NCBI GenBank assembly: GCA_965205015.1
Contig: OZ242029.1
Coordinates: forward strand, 5,376,001-5,440,000
Source of the DNA: Candidatus Poribacteria bacterium
GTDB lineage: Bacteria; Poribacteria; WGA-4E; WGA-3G
Direction: 5' to 3'
DNA: 64,000 bases
Each line of letters starts with the position of its first letter. Position 1 is the first letter of the stretch. Of the stretch, positions 37,976 through 48,557 are shown piece after piece. The notes under the pieces were generated by a model that did no database searches, was not told where the DNA came from, and saw only the letters and a list, made by a program, of their open reading frames with translations. A program made the position numbers and the translations under genes.

Positions 37976-39832
37976 CTAAGCGCGCCCTATTTCTTCAAGT
38001 ATTTCGTCTATTTTCGATGCCAACTCAAAAACATGGAAGGGTTGCCCTTGCACCTTGTTAAAACCGATTGCATCAATAAGATAGGTGCTACGAATGAGCT
38101 GAAGGAGTTGACCACTGTTTTGTTCAGGGATTAAAATCTTTTTGAATCTCTGTAGAATGTCGCCTAAATCTTTAGGAAACGGATTGAGATGTCGGAGATG
38201 AACGTGTGCGATTGGAAGTCCGTCGGCGAAACAGTTTTCTGCTGTCGTTCGGATTGCGCCATAGGTGCCGCCCCATCCAAGGAGCAGGATGTCACCTTCT
38301 GAGGCACCGAAAACCTCTGTCGGGGGTAACGCATCGGCGATGCGTGCGACCTTTTCTGCGCGAATTTCCACCATTCTTTGGTGGTTTTCGGCATCGTAAC
38401 TGACGTGTCCCGTCACATCCGATTTCTCTAAGCCCCCGATGCGGTGTTCTAAACCAGCCGTCCCGGGTTTCGCCCAGGGGCGCGCAAGCGTTTCTGGATC
38501 GCGTAGATACGGTTCAAACCCGTTACGGGTATCTGCGCTCACTGCGAAATCGGGCCTAATGTCCGGGAGTTCAGAGAGTTGCGGAATCTTCCACGGTTCA
38601 GCCCCCATGGCGATGTAGAGATCGGAGAGGAAAATCACCGGTGTCCTGTATTTCACGGCGATACGACAGGCTTCGTAGACCGTCTCAAAGCAGTCGAACG
38701 GACGTGACGGCGCAATAATAGGCAACGGGGATTCGCCGTTCCGACCGTAGAACATCTGCAAGAGATCCGACTGTTCCGTCTTTGTCGGCATCCCTGTTGA
38801 GGGACCCGCACGCTGGATGTTACATATTACGAGTGGAAGTTCGGCAATCATGGCGAGGTTAATCGCTTCCGACTTGAGCGCAAGCCCTGGACCGCTACTT
38901 CCGGTGACACCGAGCGCGCCACTAAATGCGGCACCGATTGCGACCCCGACAGCGGCAATCTCATCTTCCATCTGCATTGTAACGACCCCAAAATTCCGGT
39001 ATTGTGCAAGTCCGTGAAGAATATCACTTGCGGGTGTTATTGGGTAGCTGCCGTAAACGAGGGGTAGACCGGATTGATACGAAGCTGCGACAAGTCCCAG
39101 CACGGTTGCCATGTTCCCTTCGATATTTCGATAAGTCCCGGGTTCAAAGTCGGCAGGTTTCACATCGTAGGAGACAGCAAACTGCTCGGTCGCTTCGCAA
39201 TAGGTATTGCCGGCACGGAGCGCGAGAATATTGGATTCTACATACTGAGGCCTTTTCGCGAACTTCGTCTTGATCCACTTCATCGTGTATTCCATCGGAC
39301 GATTGTAGAGCCAGAGGATCATACCGAGTGCGAAAAAGTTTTTACATCTATCGATTTCCGGCGTGCTTAATTGTGTCGCTTCGAGTGCTTTTCGAGTGAG
39401 TTGTGTTAATTCGACACGGAAAACTTGGTATTTCGTGAGTTTATCGTCTTCGAGCGGATCCGCTTCATATCCTGCGAGGCGTAAATTACGGCGTGCGAAG
39501 TTGTCGGTATTTACAATCAGGATGCCGTTGGGTTTGAGTTTATTGAGGTGTACCTTTAAAGCGGCAGGGTTCATCGCGACGAGGACATCGCAAAGGTCTC
39601 CGGGGGTATGAATTTGTTCGCTTGAGAAGTGGAGTTGGAACCCTGACACCCCTGCTATCGATCCGGCGGGTGCTCGGATTTCAGCGGGATAATCGGGGAG
39701 CGTGGCGACATCGTTCCCAATGAGGGCAGTGGTTTCAGTCATTTGTGTGCCAATGGTCTGCGACCCATCACCGGAGTCGCCAGCAAATAGGATTGTCGCT
39801 TCCTCGATTTGCTCAACTGGTTTGCGCATCAC
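37976..39832 (-). CDS. korA: 2-oxoacid:ferredoxin oxidoreductase alpha (gamma-alpha fused) subunit
   Basis: FAGDSGDG, YPAEIRAP, YPITPAS, EDEIAA, QRAGPSTGMPTK. Confidence 0.92.
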   Translation of the reverse strand: MMRKPVEQIEEATILFAGDSGDGSQTIGTQMTETTALIGNDVATLPDYPAEIRAPAGSIAGVSGFQLHFSSEQIHTPGDLCDVLVAMNPAALKVHLNKLKPNGILIVNTDNFARRNLRLAGYEADPLEDDKLTKYQVFRVELTQLTRKALEATQLSTPEIDRCKNFFALGMILWLYNRPMEYTMKWIKTKFAKRPQYVESNILALRAGNTYCEATEQFAVSYDVKPADFEPGTYRNIEGNMATVLGLVAASYQSGLPLVYGSYPITPASDILHGLAQYRNFGVVTMQMEDEIAAVGVAIGAAFSGALGVTGSSGPGLALKSEAINLAMIAELPLVICNIQRAGPSTGMPTKTEQSDLLQMFYGRNGESPLPIIAPSRPFDCFETVYEACRIAVKYRTPVIFLSDLYIAMGAEPWKIPQLSELPDIRPDFAVSADTRNGFEPYLRDPETLARPWAKPGTAGLEHRIGGLEKSDVTGHVSYDAENHQRMVEIRAEKVARIADALPPTEVFGASEGDILLLGWGGTYGAIRTTAENCFADGLPIAHVHLRHLNPFPKDLGDILQRFKKILIPEQNSGQLLQLIRSTYLIDAIGFNKVQGQPFHVFELASKIDEILEEIGRA

Positions 39833-39902
39833 AATTGTCCTTTGTTATGATAAGTGCATGTTTGGCAACTGCACCCAAGAAATATGAAAAATTTTGAGGT
39901 AT

Positions 39903-40436
39903 TTAGGCACCCTCTCGGGCTTTAAAAGCATCTCGAACCGGTTTCGGGGGTAGCGTTAAGACTTCCTGGAGAAACTCCTCGACGAGATAGGACATTAAGT
40001 CACGAATGGATACCATCCCGATCGGACGATTTTCCGTATCAACAATAGGGACGTGTCGGTAGCCGCCCCGTGCCATGTAGAGGAGGGCAGTGTTCAGCGT
40101 ATCTTCCGGCTGTGCTGTCTGCGGATCTGCGATCATGAATTCCGTAACGTTAATGTCGTCCAAGTCTCCAACGTGTTTATTGAGAATTTTGTTGAGTACG
40201 TCTCGTTCACTAAATATTCCGCGGAGATAATTGTTCTCAACAACAGGTGCTGCGCCGATTTCGTTCGCGAGGAGTAGATCAATCGCCTCATTTGTGCTGG
40301 AGCCGATGTCAATCCGAATGATGGGACGCATCAGATCCTTTAGCGAAACCTGAATCTCTGGCACTCTCCATGCTTTCAGTGCAGCGTCTTCGTCCATCTG
40401 CTCTAATTCTTCATCAATTGCTAGGTCATATAGCAT
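39903..40436 (-). CDS. CBS domain pair protein
   Basis: GIFSERDVL, M..GGYRHVPIVD, GMVSIRD. Start at ATG 40436 after GGAGG. Confidence 0.85.
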   Translation of the reverse strand: MLYDLAIDEELEQMDEDAALKAWRVPEIQVSLKDLMRPIIRIDIGSSTNEAIDLLLANEIGAAPVVENNYLRGIFSERDVLNKILNKHVGDLDDINVTEFMIADPQTAQPEDTLNTALLYMARGGYRHVPIVDTENRPIGMVSIRDLMSYLVEEFLQEVLTLPPKPVRDAFKAREGA

Positions 40437-40447
40437 GGTTAGGCCTC

Positions 40448-40876
40448 CTACTCCTGATTTTCTATAAAGATAGCGATATGTTCTAAGATATCGCGGGTTG
40501 AAATTATGCCGATGGGGTATGCCTCTCCCTTGTCGTCCCAAACACAAAGCGGGAGATGCCGGAAGTGCCCGAGATGCATCAAGTTGAGTGCGAAGGCAAT
40601 TGGGTCACTGGCGCGTAATGTCTCTGGGTCCGCTGTCATCACCTGTTCGACCTTAAATTCCGCGGGAGCAGCGCGCTGCCCACTCACGTGCCGGAGCAGA
40701 TCCCGTTCCGTGATGATCCCGATTAATTGTTCATCTTCATCAACGACGAGAACACACCCGGTTCCTCTCTCTTGCATCATATCAATGACGACAGAAACAG
40801 GGGATCCGACTTGCACGGTGGTGGGTTGCTTGTAATTGAGTGTGCTGATCGGTAAAGACAGCGTTCTTGTGTCCAT
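40448..40876 (-). CDS. CBS domain pair protein
   Basis: GCVLVVD, GIITERDLL, VMTADPET, FRHLP. Confidence 0.88.
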   Translation of the reverse strand: MDTRTLSLPISTLNYKQPTTVQVGSPVSVVIDMMQERGTGCVLVVDEDEQLIGIITERDLLRHVSGQRAAPAEFKVEQVMTADPETLRASDPIAFALNLMHLGHFRHLPLCVWDDKGEAYPIGIISTRDILEHIAIFIENQE

Positions 40877-41092
40877 CGTAACTATTCCTTTAGTATAACG
40901 TCAGAAAACAGTTTTGGGTTTCCTATTGTCTTCCTTAATATAAGGATACCATATTTTTCGCCGATTTGCAAAAAAATCTTCGGCGAAGAACTTCGGTGGC
41001 ATTCTATCCTCGCGGGTTGTTTGGCAGTAGGCACTTGGCTATCAACGGTCAACGTTTAGGCGTCCGAATCCCGCTATCTCTCCCACAGATAT

Positions 41093-42034
41093 TTATACTG
41101 CCAATGTGATCGCGCGAGAGGACCGTGAACCCCATCCGGGGACGACAATCGTCCATCTCCCTGCGGGTCCCCCTGCTACCATCAGTATCAGATCCTCTGC
41201 TGCGTATTGCTTTGTGGTGTCAGCGATGTACTGCCGGATGTCGGCTCTGTTGAACCCGTCCTCTGAGATGGTCTTTGCGTGTTCAACGCCAATGACGAGG
41301 ATGGTTTCACCGACACTGTTACCGGGGGCAGCGATGTTATCCGCGATTGTGTTGAGGATGCCTTCTGCGGTGTTATTACCGTGGTCGTTGACGGTTTGGG
41401 GACCGGCACCCGCAAAGATGGTAACAGTGCTATCGTCCGCTTGGAAACCGCGTTCGACATGCAACGGATCCCAGGGGCTTTCTTCCTCTTTTTCGGCGAT
41501 GCAACAGGTATATTTTCCAGCGTGTCCGAATGCCGATCTATCCAGCTCACCGGGCAATCCGCCGCCGATATTGGTGCAGATGAGTCGTAGCGTGCGACCG
41601 ATGGTTGCGTTCGCTCGCCATCCTTGCCCAAAGAGGTTGAATCCGTCGTTAATGTCTAACTGCTTTCGGATAGGTCCGTTCACAACCAGCACCGGTGAAA
41701 CGTGGGATGTTGTAACTTGAACGCCGTGGAGATTAAATTGCTCAGATGTCATCGCCTCCACTGCGGTGAGAAGCAGCGGTAAATATTCGGGTTTGCATCC
41801 AGCCATGACGGCATTAATCGCGACCTTTTCGACGGTGGCTCTGCCCCATTTTGGCGGGACCGCTGCGATGAGTTCATCCGGATCGCGGTCTGTTCCGCTG
41901 AGCATGCGTTCGACGCGTTCAGGGGTCGGTGGAACGACGGGAAGCCCATCCGTCCATCCGTTCTGATAGCAGATCTCAATGAGGTCCTCGGTTTCGTCAA
42001 TTTCTAACGCTGTAGACTGCCATTCTTGTGCCAT
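41093..42034 (-). CDS. Conserved hypothetical protein of the GWTDGLPVVPPT family
   Basis: GWTDGLPVVPPT, EKVAINAVMAGC, RANATIGR, SPWDPLHVERGF. Confidence 0.75.
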   Translation of the reverse strand: MAQEWQSTALEIDETEDLIEICYQNGWTDGLPVVPPTPERVERMLSGTDRDPDELIAAVPPKWGRATVEKVAINAVMAGCKPEYLPLLLTAVEAMTSEQFNLHGVQVTTSHVSPVLVVNGPIRKQLDINDGFNLFGQGWRANATIGRTLRLICTNIGGGLPGELDRSAFGHAGKYTCCIAEKEEESPWDPLHVERGFQADDSTVTIFAGAGPQTVNDHGNNTAEGILNTIADNIAAPGNSVGETILVIGVEHAKTISEDGFNRADIRQYIADTTKQYAAEDLILMVAGGPAGRWTIVVPGWGSRSSRAITLAV

Positions 42035-42178
42035 GTGTGTTTCCTTTCTGAACCTTATTTGAATACGTGTGTTGAGATATGCTATCATATTAGCATAGAT
42101 TTTATAGGTTTGCAAGGTGCTCTTTATCCTTGTAGGAGGGAACTCCGATTCCCGACGCTTTATTAAAATACATTAGGA

Positions 42179-43150
42179 GTGAAAATGACATCTATTACCC
42201 TTCAAGGAATTATGTCGGCGCGACGCGTTGTATCACAATTTTTAAAGCCCACACCTTTGATTCATTATCCAGAATTGTCCGAAAGACTCGGATTTCAGGC
42301 GTATATCAAGCACGAAAATCATCATCCAACGGGTAGTTTTAAAGTGCGCGGCGGCATCAATTTCATGCACCACCTACCACGGGCGCAACGTGAAAAGGGT
42401 GTAATTACGGCAACACGCGGGAATCATGGGCAGTCGATCGCCTACGCAGCGGCGCAGTACGGTGTTAAGGCTACTGTTGTCGTGCCACACGGGAATAATC
42501 CTGAGAAGAACAGCGCGATGCGAGCGTTTGGCGCCGAACTCATTGAACACGGGGCTGATTTTGATGAAGCACTTACGTTGTGTGAAAAACTTCAAACGGA
42601 ACGCGGGCTTTACTACGTTCATCCGTGCATGGAGCCGGCACTCTTCCACGGTGTCGGTACTTATTCGCTTGAGATTTTTGAGAGGCTCCCAGATGTGGAC
42701 GCAATCATTGTACCTATCGGCGGTGGGAGCGGTTGTTGTGGAGCTATCACAGTTGCCAAGGCGATCAATCCAGATGTCAAGGTCATCGGTGTGCAAGCAG
42801 AAAACGCACCGGCTATCTATCGTTCGTGGAAGACAGGTCAGCGTGTAGAGACCGATTCTTGCGATACCATTGCCGATGGGATCGCGACCCGTGCGCCGTT
42901 TTCGTTGCCGTTATCCATCATCAATAAAGGCGTTCACGACATTGTGCTGCTCAGTGAGGCGGAACTTGTAGAAGGCATCCGTTTGGCGTTAAGGTGGACG
43001 CACAACTTGGCGGAAGGCGCAGGCGCGTCTCCGATAGCGGCAGCGCATAAACTCACGGATACACTGGCAGGGAAACGCGTGGTAATGGTGATGAGCGGCG
43101 CGAATTTGGACACAGAGACGCTCAAGAAGGCGCTCACCTACCAGTTGTGA
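42179..43150 (+). CDS. PLP-dependent threonine/serine dehydratase family protein
   Basis: KHEN..PTGSFKVRGG, ATRGNHGQ, VPIGGGSG, SGAN. Confidence 0.92.
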   Translation: MKMTSITLQGIMSARRVVSQFLKPTPLIHYPELSERLGFQAYIKHENHHPTGSFKVRGGINFMHHLPRAQREKGVITATRGNHGQSIAYAAAQYGVKATVVVPHGNNPEKNSAMRAFGAELIEHGADFDEALTLCEKLQTERGLYYVHPCMEPALFHGVGTYSLEIFERLPDVDAIIVPIGGGSGCCGAITVAKAINPDVKVIGVQAENAPAIYRSWKTGQRVETDSCDTIADGIATRAPFSLPLSIINKGVHDIVLLSEAELVEGIRLALRWTHNLAEGAGASPIAAAHKLTDTLAGKRVVMVMSGANLDTETLKKALTYQL

Positions 43151-43851
43151 ATCACGTAAACCGGTGAGGAGTCGTCAGTCAATTGGACGGTTGCCGATGC
43201 CGCACCTTCTATGAATTCGTTGCGAAGGGCGTTTGTTAAGTCGGGATGGATATGTAGCGATGCCAAGTCCCACCGTAGGTTTTCGCTTTTTTCGACGATG
43301 ACGTTGGGGAATTCCGCAATGAGAGAGACGCGTTGCAGTCCGCGGCTTTTTCGGGTTAGCTGCACGATTGATAGGACATAGTGGATGGTTTGTCTCGGAT
43401 CCCGCATTTCGGCGGTGTAAGATGCATCTGTGGACACACGGTAATGCCCAAAACGCATCAATTTGAGATTACCAAGGAACTGGTCTGTTTCGTATGCTGC
43501 CGGACGCGGTAAACCCCCGTAGATAACAATATGTCGACAATGGAACTGTTCCAAGGCGTAGTCTACGGCGAGTTGTCCATCGGTGTAATCTTTGTCCGTT
43601 TTTCCTACCCATTCCTGAACGACGTGTTTTGCTTTGATCATGCTTTCGGCGCTCGAATCCATGTCACCGATGAGGACATCCGGCACGATGGAGGTGTCCG
43701 AGTGCTGGTTGAGCTCGTCAAATATGCGGATGCCGCCGTCCGCACAGATGAGTGGGCACCCGTTTTCCACCGCTGTTTCGATCTCGTGACGGTAAAAGTC
43801 GAGATACTGTGTGTCGTAGTAGCCGTTGAGGAAAATCAGTGTTATTTCCAT
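43138..43851 (-). CDS. Thiamine pyrophosphokinase (ThiN-like), divergent
   Basis: ICADGG, IGDMDS, DKDYTDGQLA, NLRWDL..NEF. Confidence 0.72.
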   Translation of the reverse strand: MEITLIFLNGYYDTQYLDFYRHEIETAVENGCPLICADGGIRIFDELNQHSDTSIVPDVLIGDMDSSAESMIKAKHVVQEWVGKTDKDYTDGQLAVDYALEQFHCRHIVIYGGLPRPAAYETDQFLGNLKLMRFGHYRVSTDASYTAEMRDPRQTIHYVLSIVQLTRKSRGLQRVSLIAEFPNVIVEKSENLRWDLASLHIHPDLTNALRNEFIEGAASATVQLTDDSSPVYVIHNW

Positions 43852-43855
43852 TTTT

Positions 43856-44773
43856 TTATGCCTCCGCCATAACAATATTGTATGACGGAAGCAGTTCGAG
43901 CGGATGATAAGAACGTTTGACACGCTTTAGATTTTCTAACCCTGAAGCGTCCATCGCGTTAATCCATCTGTAGGTCCCCATCAATTCCTTACAAAACTCG
44001 CGGTAGATGAACTGTGCCAGCCCTTTTATCTCAAGATCCGTAATCTCAAATAGCACACAGAATGTGTCCGCGTTCAGTGGGTAGCCGAAGGTGTAGCCTC
44101 TGATTTCCGCATCAATACGGACAACCCTTCCCAGAAGTCCGAGTGCCTCCGCATGCGCGATCGCGGTTCGGTGTGCTGATCGAGAATCCTCAAGCATCGC
44201 GCAGTAGACTGCGTCATTACATGTCGTTGCGCGTGCGGCATGCCACGCGTCATAGCGTGTGAAACACGCGTCGCTGTCGGCGGGGCAGTAGGGGCTTAAT
44301 TCTGCCGACGGATACCGATCCATAAAAGCGTTATAGGCGTTCCGCTTGCTTTTGAAGCGATTGCCACGCAACTCACTGAGTGCCTCTGTCTCATAGAGGT
44401 ATTCGGTCTCCTTCAAGGTGGCGCGGAATCCATCCTTTTCAAAAAAAGTGAGCAGCGCGTGTGGAACATTCTCGATTCGGGCGATGTGTGGATTCCGATT
44501 TGATGCTAACATAAATTGATATGCCGCGCGGATAACATTTCGGTACGTGCAATTTTCAGGAGTGCACGGCATCGGTAGGATCGGCATGAAATAGTCTTCA
44601 CCCTGTTTTGCGAAGATGCATAGATGTTTCGCGATCAATGCCCAATAAAACTGAAAATGCTCTTTCCACACATAGAGGGGTGCGAAGGCATAGTGGGAAA
44701 GACGCGTGTCTGCCTGACGGGCGTATTCATCAAAAATTGGCTTGTCATTGAGCGTTAGCAGTTGAAGTTGCAT
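43856..44773 (-). CDS. DUF2156 / aminoacyl-transferase (MprF C-terminal-like GNAT) domain protein
   Basis: EYLY...L..LRG..F..KRN..N.F, GLAQFI, INAMDASGLENL...K.SYHP. Confidence 0.8.
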   Translation of the reverse strand: MQLQLLTLNDKPIFDEYARQADTRLSHYAFAPLYVWKEHFQFYWALIAKHLCIFAKQGEDYFMPILPMPCTPENCTYRNVIRAAYQFMLASNRNPHIARIENVPHALLTFFEKDGFRATLKETEYLYETEALSELRGNRFKSKRNAYNAFMDRYPSAELSPYCPADSDACFTRYDAWHAARATTCNDAVYCAMLEDSRSAHRTAIAHAEALGLLGRVVRIDAEIRGYTFGYPLNADTFCVLFEITDLEIKGLAQFIYREFCKELMGTYRWINAMDASGLENLKRVKRSYHPLELLPSYNIVMAEA

Positions 44774-45314
44774 CTGTCAATTGCGCTAAGGTGTGGACAA
44801 TTTTCACCGTGTCCTGATAATCACCGATCAAGCTCCAGTTGGCGATTATCTGCGCCGTGACCGATTCGGATTCGACATAATCAATAACGTGACGGATATG
44901 CTGCTGAAAGGCTTCCGTTTCGAGGTGTGCTTCGCCAAACGGGCAGAGGGTATCCACGCCGAGCACAACCGCGTTGCCATCCTCGCTGCGCATGAGTGCG
45001 AATGGATAGAGTTGGCAGTCAAGCGGACGGATCGGATAGATGGTGCAGTGGCTTGTCTCTGGTTCAAAAAAGGGACAGATATAGAAATCGTTGTGCGGTT
45101 TTAGTTGGATCTGTGCACTCTTTCCGTCTGCCTGTCGGCGGAACAGTGCGGGATCAGCACCCTCTACAATGGCTTTTTCCATCTCTGTTGCTGTAAAGAT
45201 GGGCGCGAGCGGACTGTCTGCCTCTAAAAATCGGCAGCAGACATCACACGAGAAACAGACATCACTGGGGATAATTTGATAGAGGATAGCGTTTGCTGGG
45301 TTAGGTGTGTCCAT
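44745..45314 (-). CDS. YkgJ-family CxxCxxCC cysteine-cluster protein
   Basis: CFSCDVCC, CPFF, CTIYPIRPLDCQLYPF. Confidence 0.85.
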   Translation of the reverse strand: MDTPNPANAILYQIIPSDVCFSCDVCCRFLEADSPLAPIFTATEMEKAIVEGADPALFRRQADGKSAQIQLKPHNDFYICPFFEPETSHCTIYPIRPLDCQLYPFALMRSEDGNAVVLGVDTLCPFGEAHLETEAFQQHIRHVIDYVESESVTAQIIANWSLIGDYQDTVKIVHTLAQLTDATSTANAQ

Positions 45315-45427
45315 CTTAGAGTATATTAAACCACAGTATCCACCGAGGATTTCTGAGCATGATTAGAACCCAAAGCCTGTTTGTAGTAGGGCAATTCATT
45401 GCCCGTTCTTTAGTTCCCAGGACATGA

Positions 45428-46573
45428 TTATGAATCCAAAATCTTTCCTATTTCACCGATTACGATATGAATTTCCTCTTCGGTTAACCCCGGATGGAGG
45501 GGTAGACTCACGACGCGTTCAAACGCTGCCTCAGCACACGGAAAATCGCCGACACGGTAGCCGTATTGCTCCTGATAAAACTCGAAGAGGTGTAGCGGGA
45601 TATAGTGAACACTGCATTCAATGTTTGCCTCGCCCAAGGCTCTGATAAATCCGTCGCGTTCACCGGGTGGAAGTTGAATGATATAGAGATGCCACGAGTG
45701 CTCGCTCGGATTCTCCGGTGCGACGGGTGTGCTGATGTGCGGAAGATTTGCGAGTTCCTTTTGATAAATCTGTGCGAGATCTCGACGGCGTTCGTGTTGT
45801 TTGTTGAGTTTCATGAGTTGGCACAACCCCATCGCGGCTTGGATATCGGTCATGTTATATTTATACCCTTCAGTCGCGATGTCATACCGCCAAATATCGC
45901 GCTGTGACTGACGCGCCCAAGCGTCTTTGTCGATACCGTGGAGTCGCATTGTGTGGAGGGGTTTGGCGAAGGCATCATTGTTAGTCGTAATCATACCGCC
46001 TTCCCCTGTCGTCAGGTTTTTGTTCGCATAAAAACTGAAGGCGGACAGGTCGCCGATACTGCCGATGTATTCCCCTTTGTATTCGGTCGGAATGGCGTGG
46101 GCAGCGTCGTCGATAAGGACGAGGTTGTGGTTTCGACAGATGTCTTGTAACGCATCCATGTCGCACGGGAGACCGGCAAAATGGACAGGCATGATTGCCT
46201 TCGTGCGTGCGGTTATCGCCTGTTCAATTTTGGTTATGTCAATGTTCAACGTATCTGGATCGATGTCCACAAAGACGGGGTTCGCGCCCACATATCGGAT
46301 CGCTTCAGCAGTAGCAGTGAAGGTGTAAGGTGTCGTGATGACCTCATCGCCACTACCGATTTCGGTTACCACAAGGCTTAGATGCAGCGCGGCGGTGCAG
46401 GAACTGACAGCAATGGCGTGCTTGACGCCGAGGTATTCGGCAAAGGCGCGTTCAAATTCGCGGACTCTGTTACCTGTGCTAATCCATTTGGAGGCGAGGA
46501 CTTGGCTAACGGCTTCGATTTCAGTATCATCGATCCAGGGACGACTAAAGGGTATGAAAGGATGCTTTGCCAT
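45428..46573 (-). CDS. DegT/DnrJ/EryC1/StrS aminotransferase
   Basis: SSCTAALHL, TFTATA, IDDAAHA, FSFYANKNLTTGEGG. Confidence 0.93.
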   Translation of the reverse strand: MAKHPFIPFSRPWIDDTEIEAVSQVLASKWISTGNRVREFERAFAEYLGVKHAIAVSSCTAALHLSLVVTEIGSGDEVITTPYTFTATAEAIRYVGANPVFVDIDPDTLNIDITKIEQAITARTKAIMPVHFAGLPCDMDALQDICRNHNLVLIDDAAHAIPTEYKGEYIGSIGDLSAFSFYANKNLTTGEGGMITTNNDAFAKPLHTMRLHGIDKDAWARQSQRDIWRYDIATEGYKYNMTDIQAAMGLCQLMKLNKQHERRRDLAQIYQKELANLPHISTPVAPENPSEHSWHLYIIQLPPGERDGFIRALGEANIECSVHYIPLHLFEFYQEQYGYRVGDFPCAEAAFERVVSLPLHPGLTEEEIHIVIGEIGKILDS

Positions 46574-46607
46574 AGAGGGATTCCTTAAAAGTAGTAGGCA
46601 TACTCCG

Positions 46608-47060
46608 TTATGCCGTGACATTTTGTGCCAATATCTGGATCATTGCCTCAAGAGCAAGGGTATAACTATGCGTTCCGAAACCGCCGATGACACCGACAGC
46701 AATCGCCGATATGTAGGAATGATGCCGAAATTCTTCGCGGGCATAAATGTTAGAGAGATGAATCTCTATGACGGGGAGTGCGACTGTAGAGAGCGCGTCT
46801 CGGATAGCGACACTGGTATGTGTGTAGGCTGCGGGATTAATCAGAATACCATCCGCCCAGTCGATGTGGTCCCCAATGATAGACACAAGTTCGCCTTCGT
46901 GATTGGATTGGAAGATTTTGAGTGTAATCGCGTGAGATGATGCCGCTGCTTGGCGATCAAGTGTATTGTTAATATCCGATAGCGTTTGATGTCCGTAGAT
47001 CTCCGGTTGGCGTTTTCCTAAGAGATGTAGATTGGGTCCGTGGAGGACGAGGATATTCAT
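46608..47060 (-). CDS. aroQ: Type II 3-dehydroquinate dehydratase
   Basis: [49 protein letters not shown]. Confidence 0.95.
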   Translation of the reverse strand: MNILVLHGPNLHLLGKRQPEIYGHQTLSDINNTLDRQAAASSHAITLKIFQSNHEGELVSIIGDHIDWADGILINPAAYTHTSVAIRDALSTVALPVIEIHLSNIYAREEFRHHSYISAIAVGVIGGFGTHSYTLALEAMIQILAQNVTA

Positions 47061-47388
47061 GCGCGTGTTTCCTTTTGACTTGAAGTATTGCCTTTCCCGA
47101 AAGAGTATACAATGAATTGGGAAAATTTGCAAAGTTTTTTCATCGGTTCTGGCAGAACCATTCAGTTTTTCTGTAGGAGGGGAAGAAACACCCAAGCAAA
47201 AACACTCCGATTCCCGACAATATTGGCTATCAGAAACCATCGGTTAATCGCTGAATGCCTCTGCGATTTTTGGAGGGATAGGTGGAAAGTTAAATGATGA
47301 ACCCAGACCCCATTTTTAAATAATCCCACCCCGTTCTCGGTTCAAAATCAAACTTATTCGAAGGTACTAACATCGCTGTCATACGCCT

Positions 47389-47541
47389 TTAGTGCGTATG
47401 CATGGGTTTAGGTTCAGGTAAAGAGACCGATTCTTGACCTGAAGGTGTCTCATCTATTTCCCAATGATACGTGAACGTGTTCGCCATGGCAGAAGAAGCC
47501 AGAAAATATATCAAAAATGTATGAAATAGTATTTTCTGCAC
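47389..47541 (-). CDS. 50-aa ORF with signal peptide (probably a truncated secreted protein); absent from the ORF track
   Basis: AAAGGAG RBS, GTG start, MQKILFHTFLIYFLASSAMA-NTFTYHWEIDETPSGQESVSLPEPKPMHTH*. Confidence 0.5.
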   Translation of the reverse strand: MQKILFHTFLIYFLASSAMANTFTYHWEIDETPSGQESVSLPEPKPMHTH

Positions 47542-47883
47542 AGAAGGACTCCTTTCGGATTTTTGACTATTTACTTAAGTAGGGCGCAGTTTTACGACCT
47601 ACCCGGGTCGTGCTTTTGGGGGTTGCTATTTTTGTATTTGCCTTTCAGATCCTATCATTGCTGCGGCGAATCGTACGTTCTTTTCTTTTTCTCCCCCATA
47701 GTGAGCTTTGGGGCTAATCCCAGCGAAATTTCCTATGTCCGCGATTGCTGTGCCGGCGATTGCTCTGTCGTGGTCGCGTGCGTTCGGGTCAATATGGTGA
47801 TGGTATTATCCGCCCAATCGGGTTCAGGCTCAGGTGGGAGTGCTTCGGTGACGTCCTCTAATAGCTCCTCCTCTTCTTCATCG

Positions 47884-48534
47884 TCACCACCGCCACCAAG
47901 AAGAAGATGTTTCCAACTCTTCTAATAAGGACTGATGCAAGAGAACGATCCGATGTTGCGGACTTTCGAGTGTCAGCCAATTCCCTTCTACCTCCCACGT
48001 GTATTCGGTGCCGGCTTTCAATAGCGGCTGTATCTTCTGTTGAAAGAAGTTTGCTGTGTGAGCCCCTAAATCCGATTTGAGTGCCGCGAGTTTCTCTTCT
48101 GTTTCCGGTTGCCCTGCGGCTTCAGGGTTGTGGTAGACATCGACCTGCCGCTGTGTGCTGGCTGTCGTAATCGTCATTTTTTTGCCTGTCAATCTATTGC
48201 CGTGCGTCGTGTAACGCCCCTGGGTTGTGTAAGACACTTCTACCCAAATAACGGCTTCGGGGGATAGCCTAACAGTTCGAGAGGGTCTTAAGACGTGGGT
48301 CAACGCCCCTGTATAAGAGAAAAAAAGGCTGCCGTAAGAGCCGTAAACCAATTCACTCTTTTTTCTATTGAAGTCATTGACGGAGTAAATATCCCACCAC
48401 TCGGTGTAGACATCTGGGTCGTGCGGGTCGTCGTTGACTTCGTGCGGCGAGACAAAATCAGATGACTCTTCACCACACCCGATAATGCTGGCAGCAAATG
48501 CCATGATACAAAGCATCCATCTAACTATTTTCAT
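47884..48534 (-). CDS. Hypothetical lipoprotein
   Basis: MKIVRW..lipobox IIGC; C-terminus resembles lipocalin-like proteins (YTWEVEGNWLTL). Confidence 0.65.
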   Translation of the reverse strand: MKIVRWMLCIMAFAASIIGCGEESSDFVSPHEVNDDPHDPDVYTEWWDIYSVNDFNRKKSELVYGSYGSLFFSYTGALTHVLRPSRTVRLSPEAVIWVEVSYTTQGRYTTHGNRLTGKKMTITTASTQRQVDVYHNPEAAGQPETEEKLAALKSDLGAHTANFFQQKIQPLLKAGTEYTWEVEGNWLTLESPQHRIVLLHQSLLEELETSSSWWRW

Positions 48535-48557
48535 AGGGCTTTCTCTTCCTTGACTGC

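Noticed and set aside
47357-47560. Long hairpin with a central bubble suggesting 6S RNA
   Set aside because: The 6S-like motifs are not in the right order or strand, and the region is better explained by a minus-strand ORF with RBS and signal peptide.
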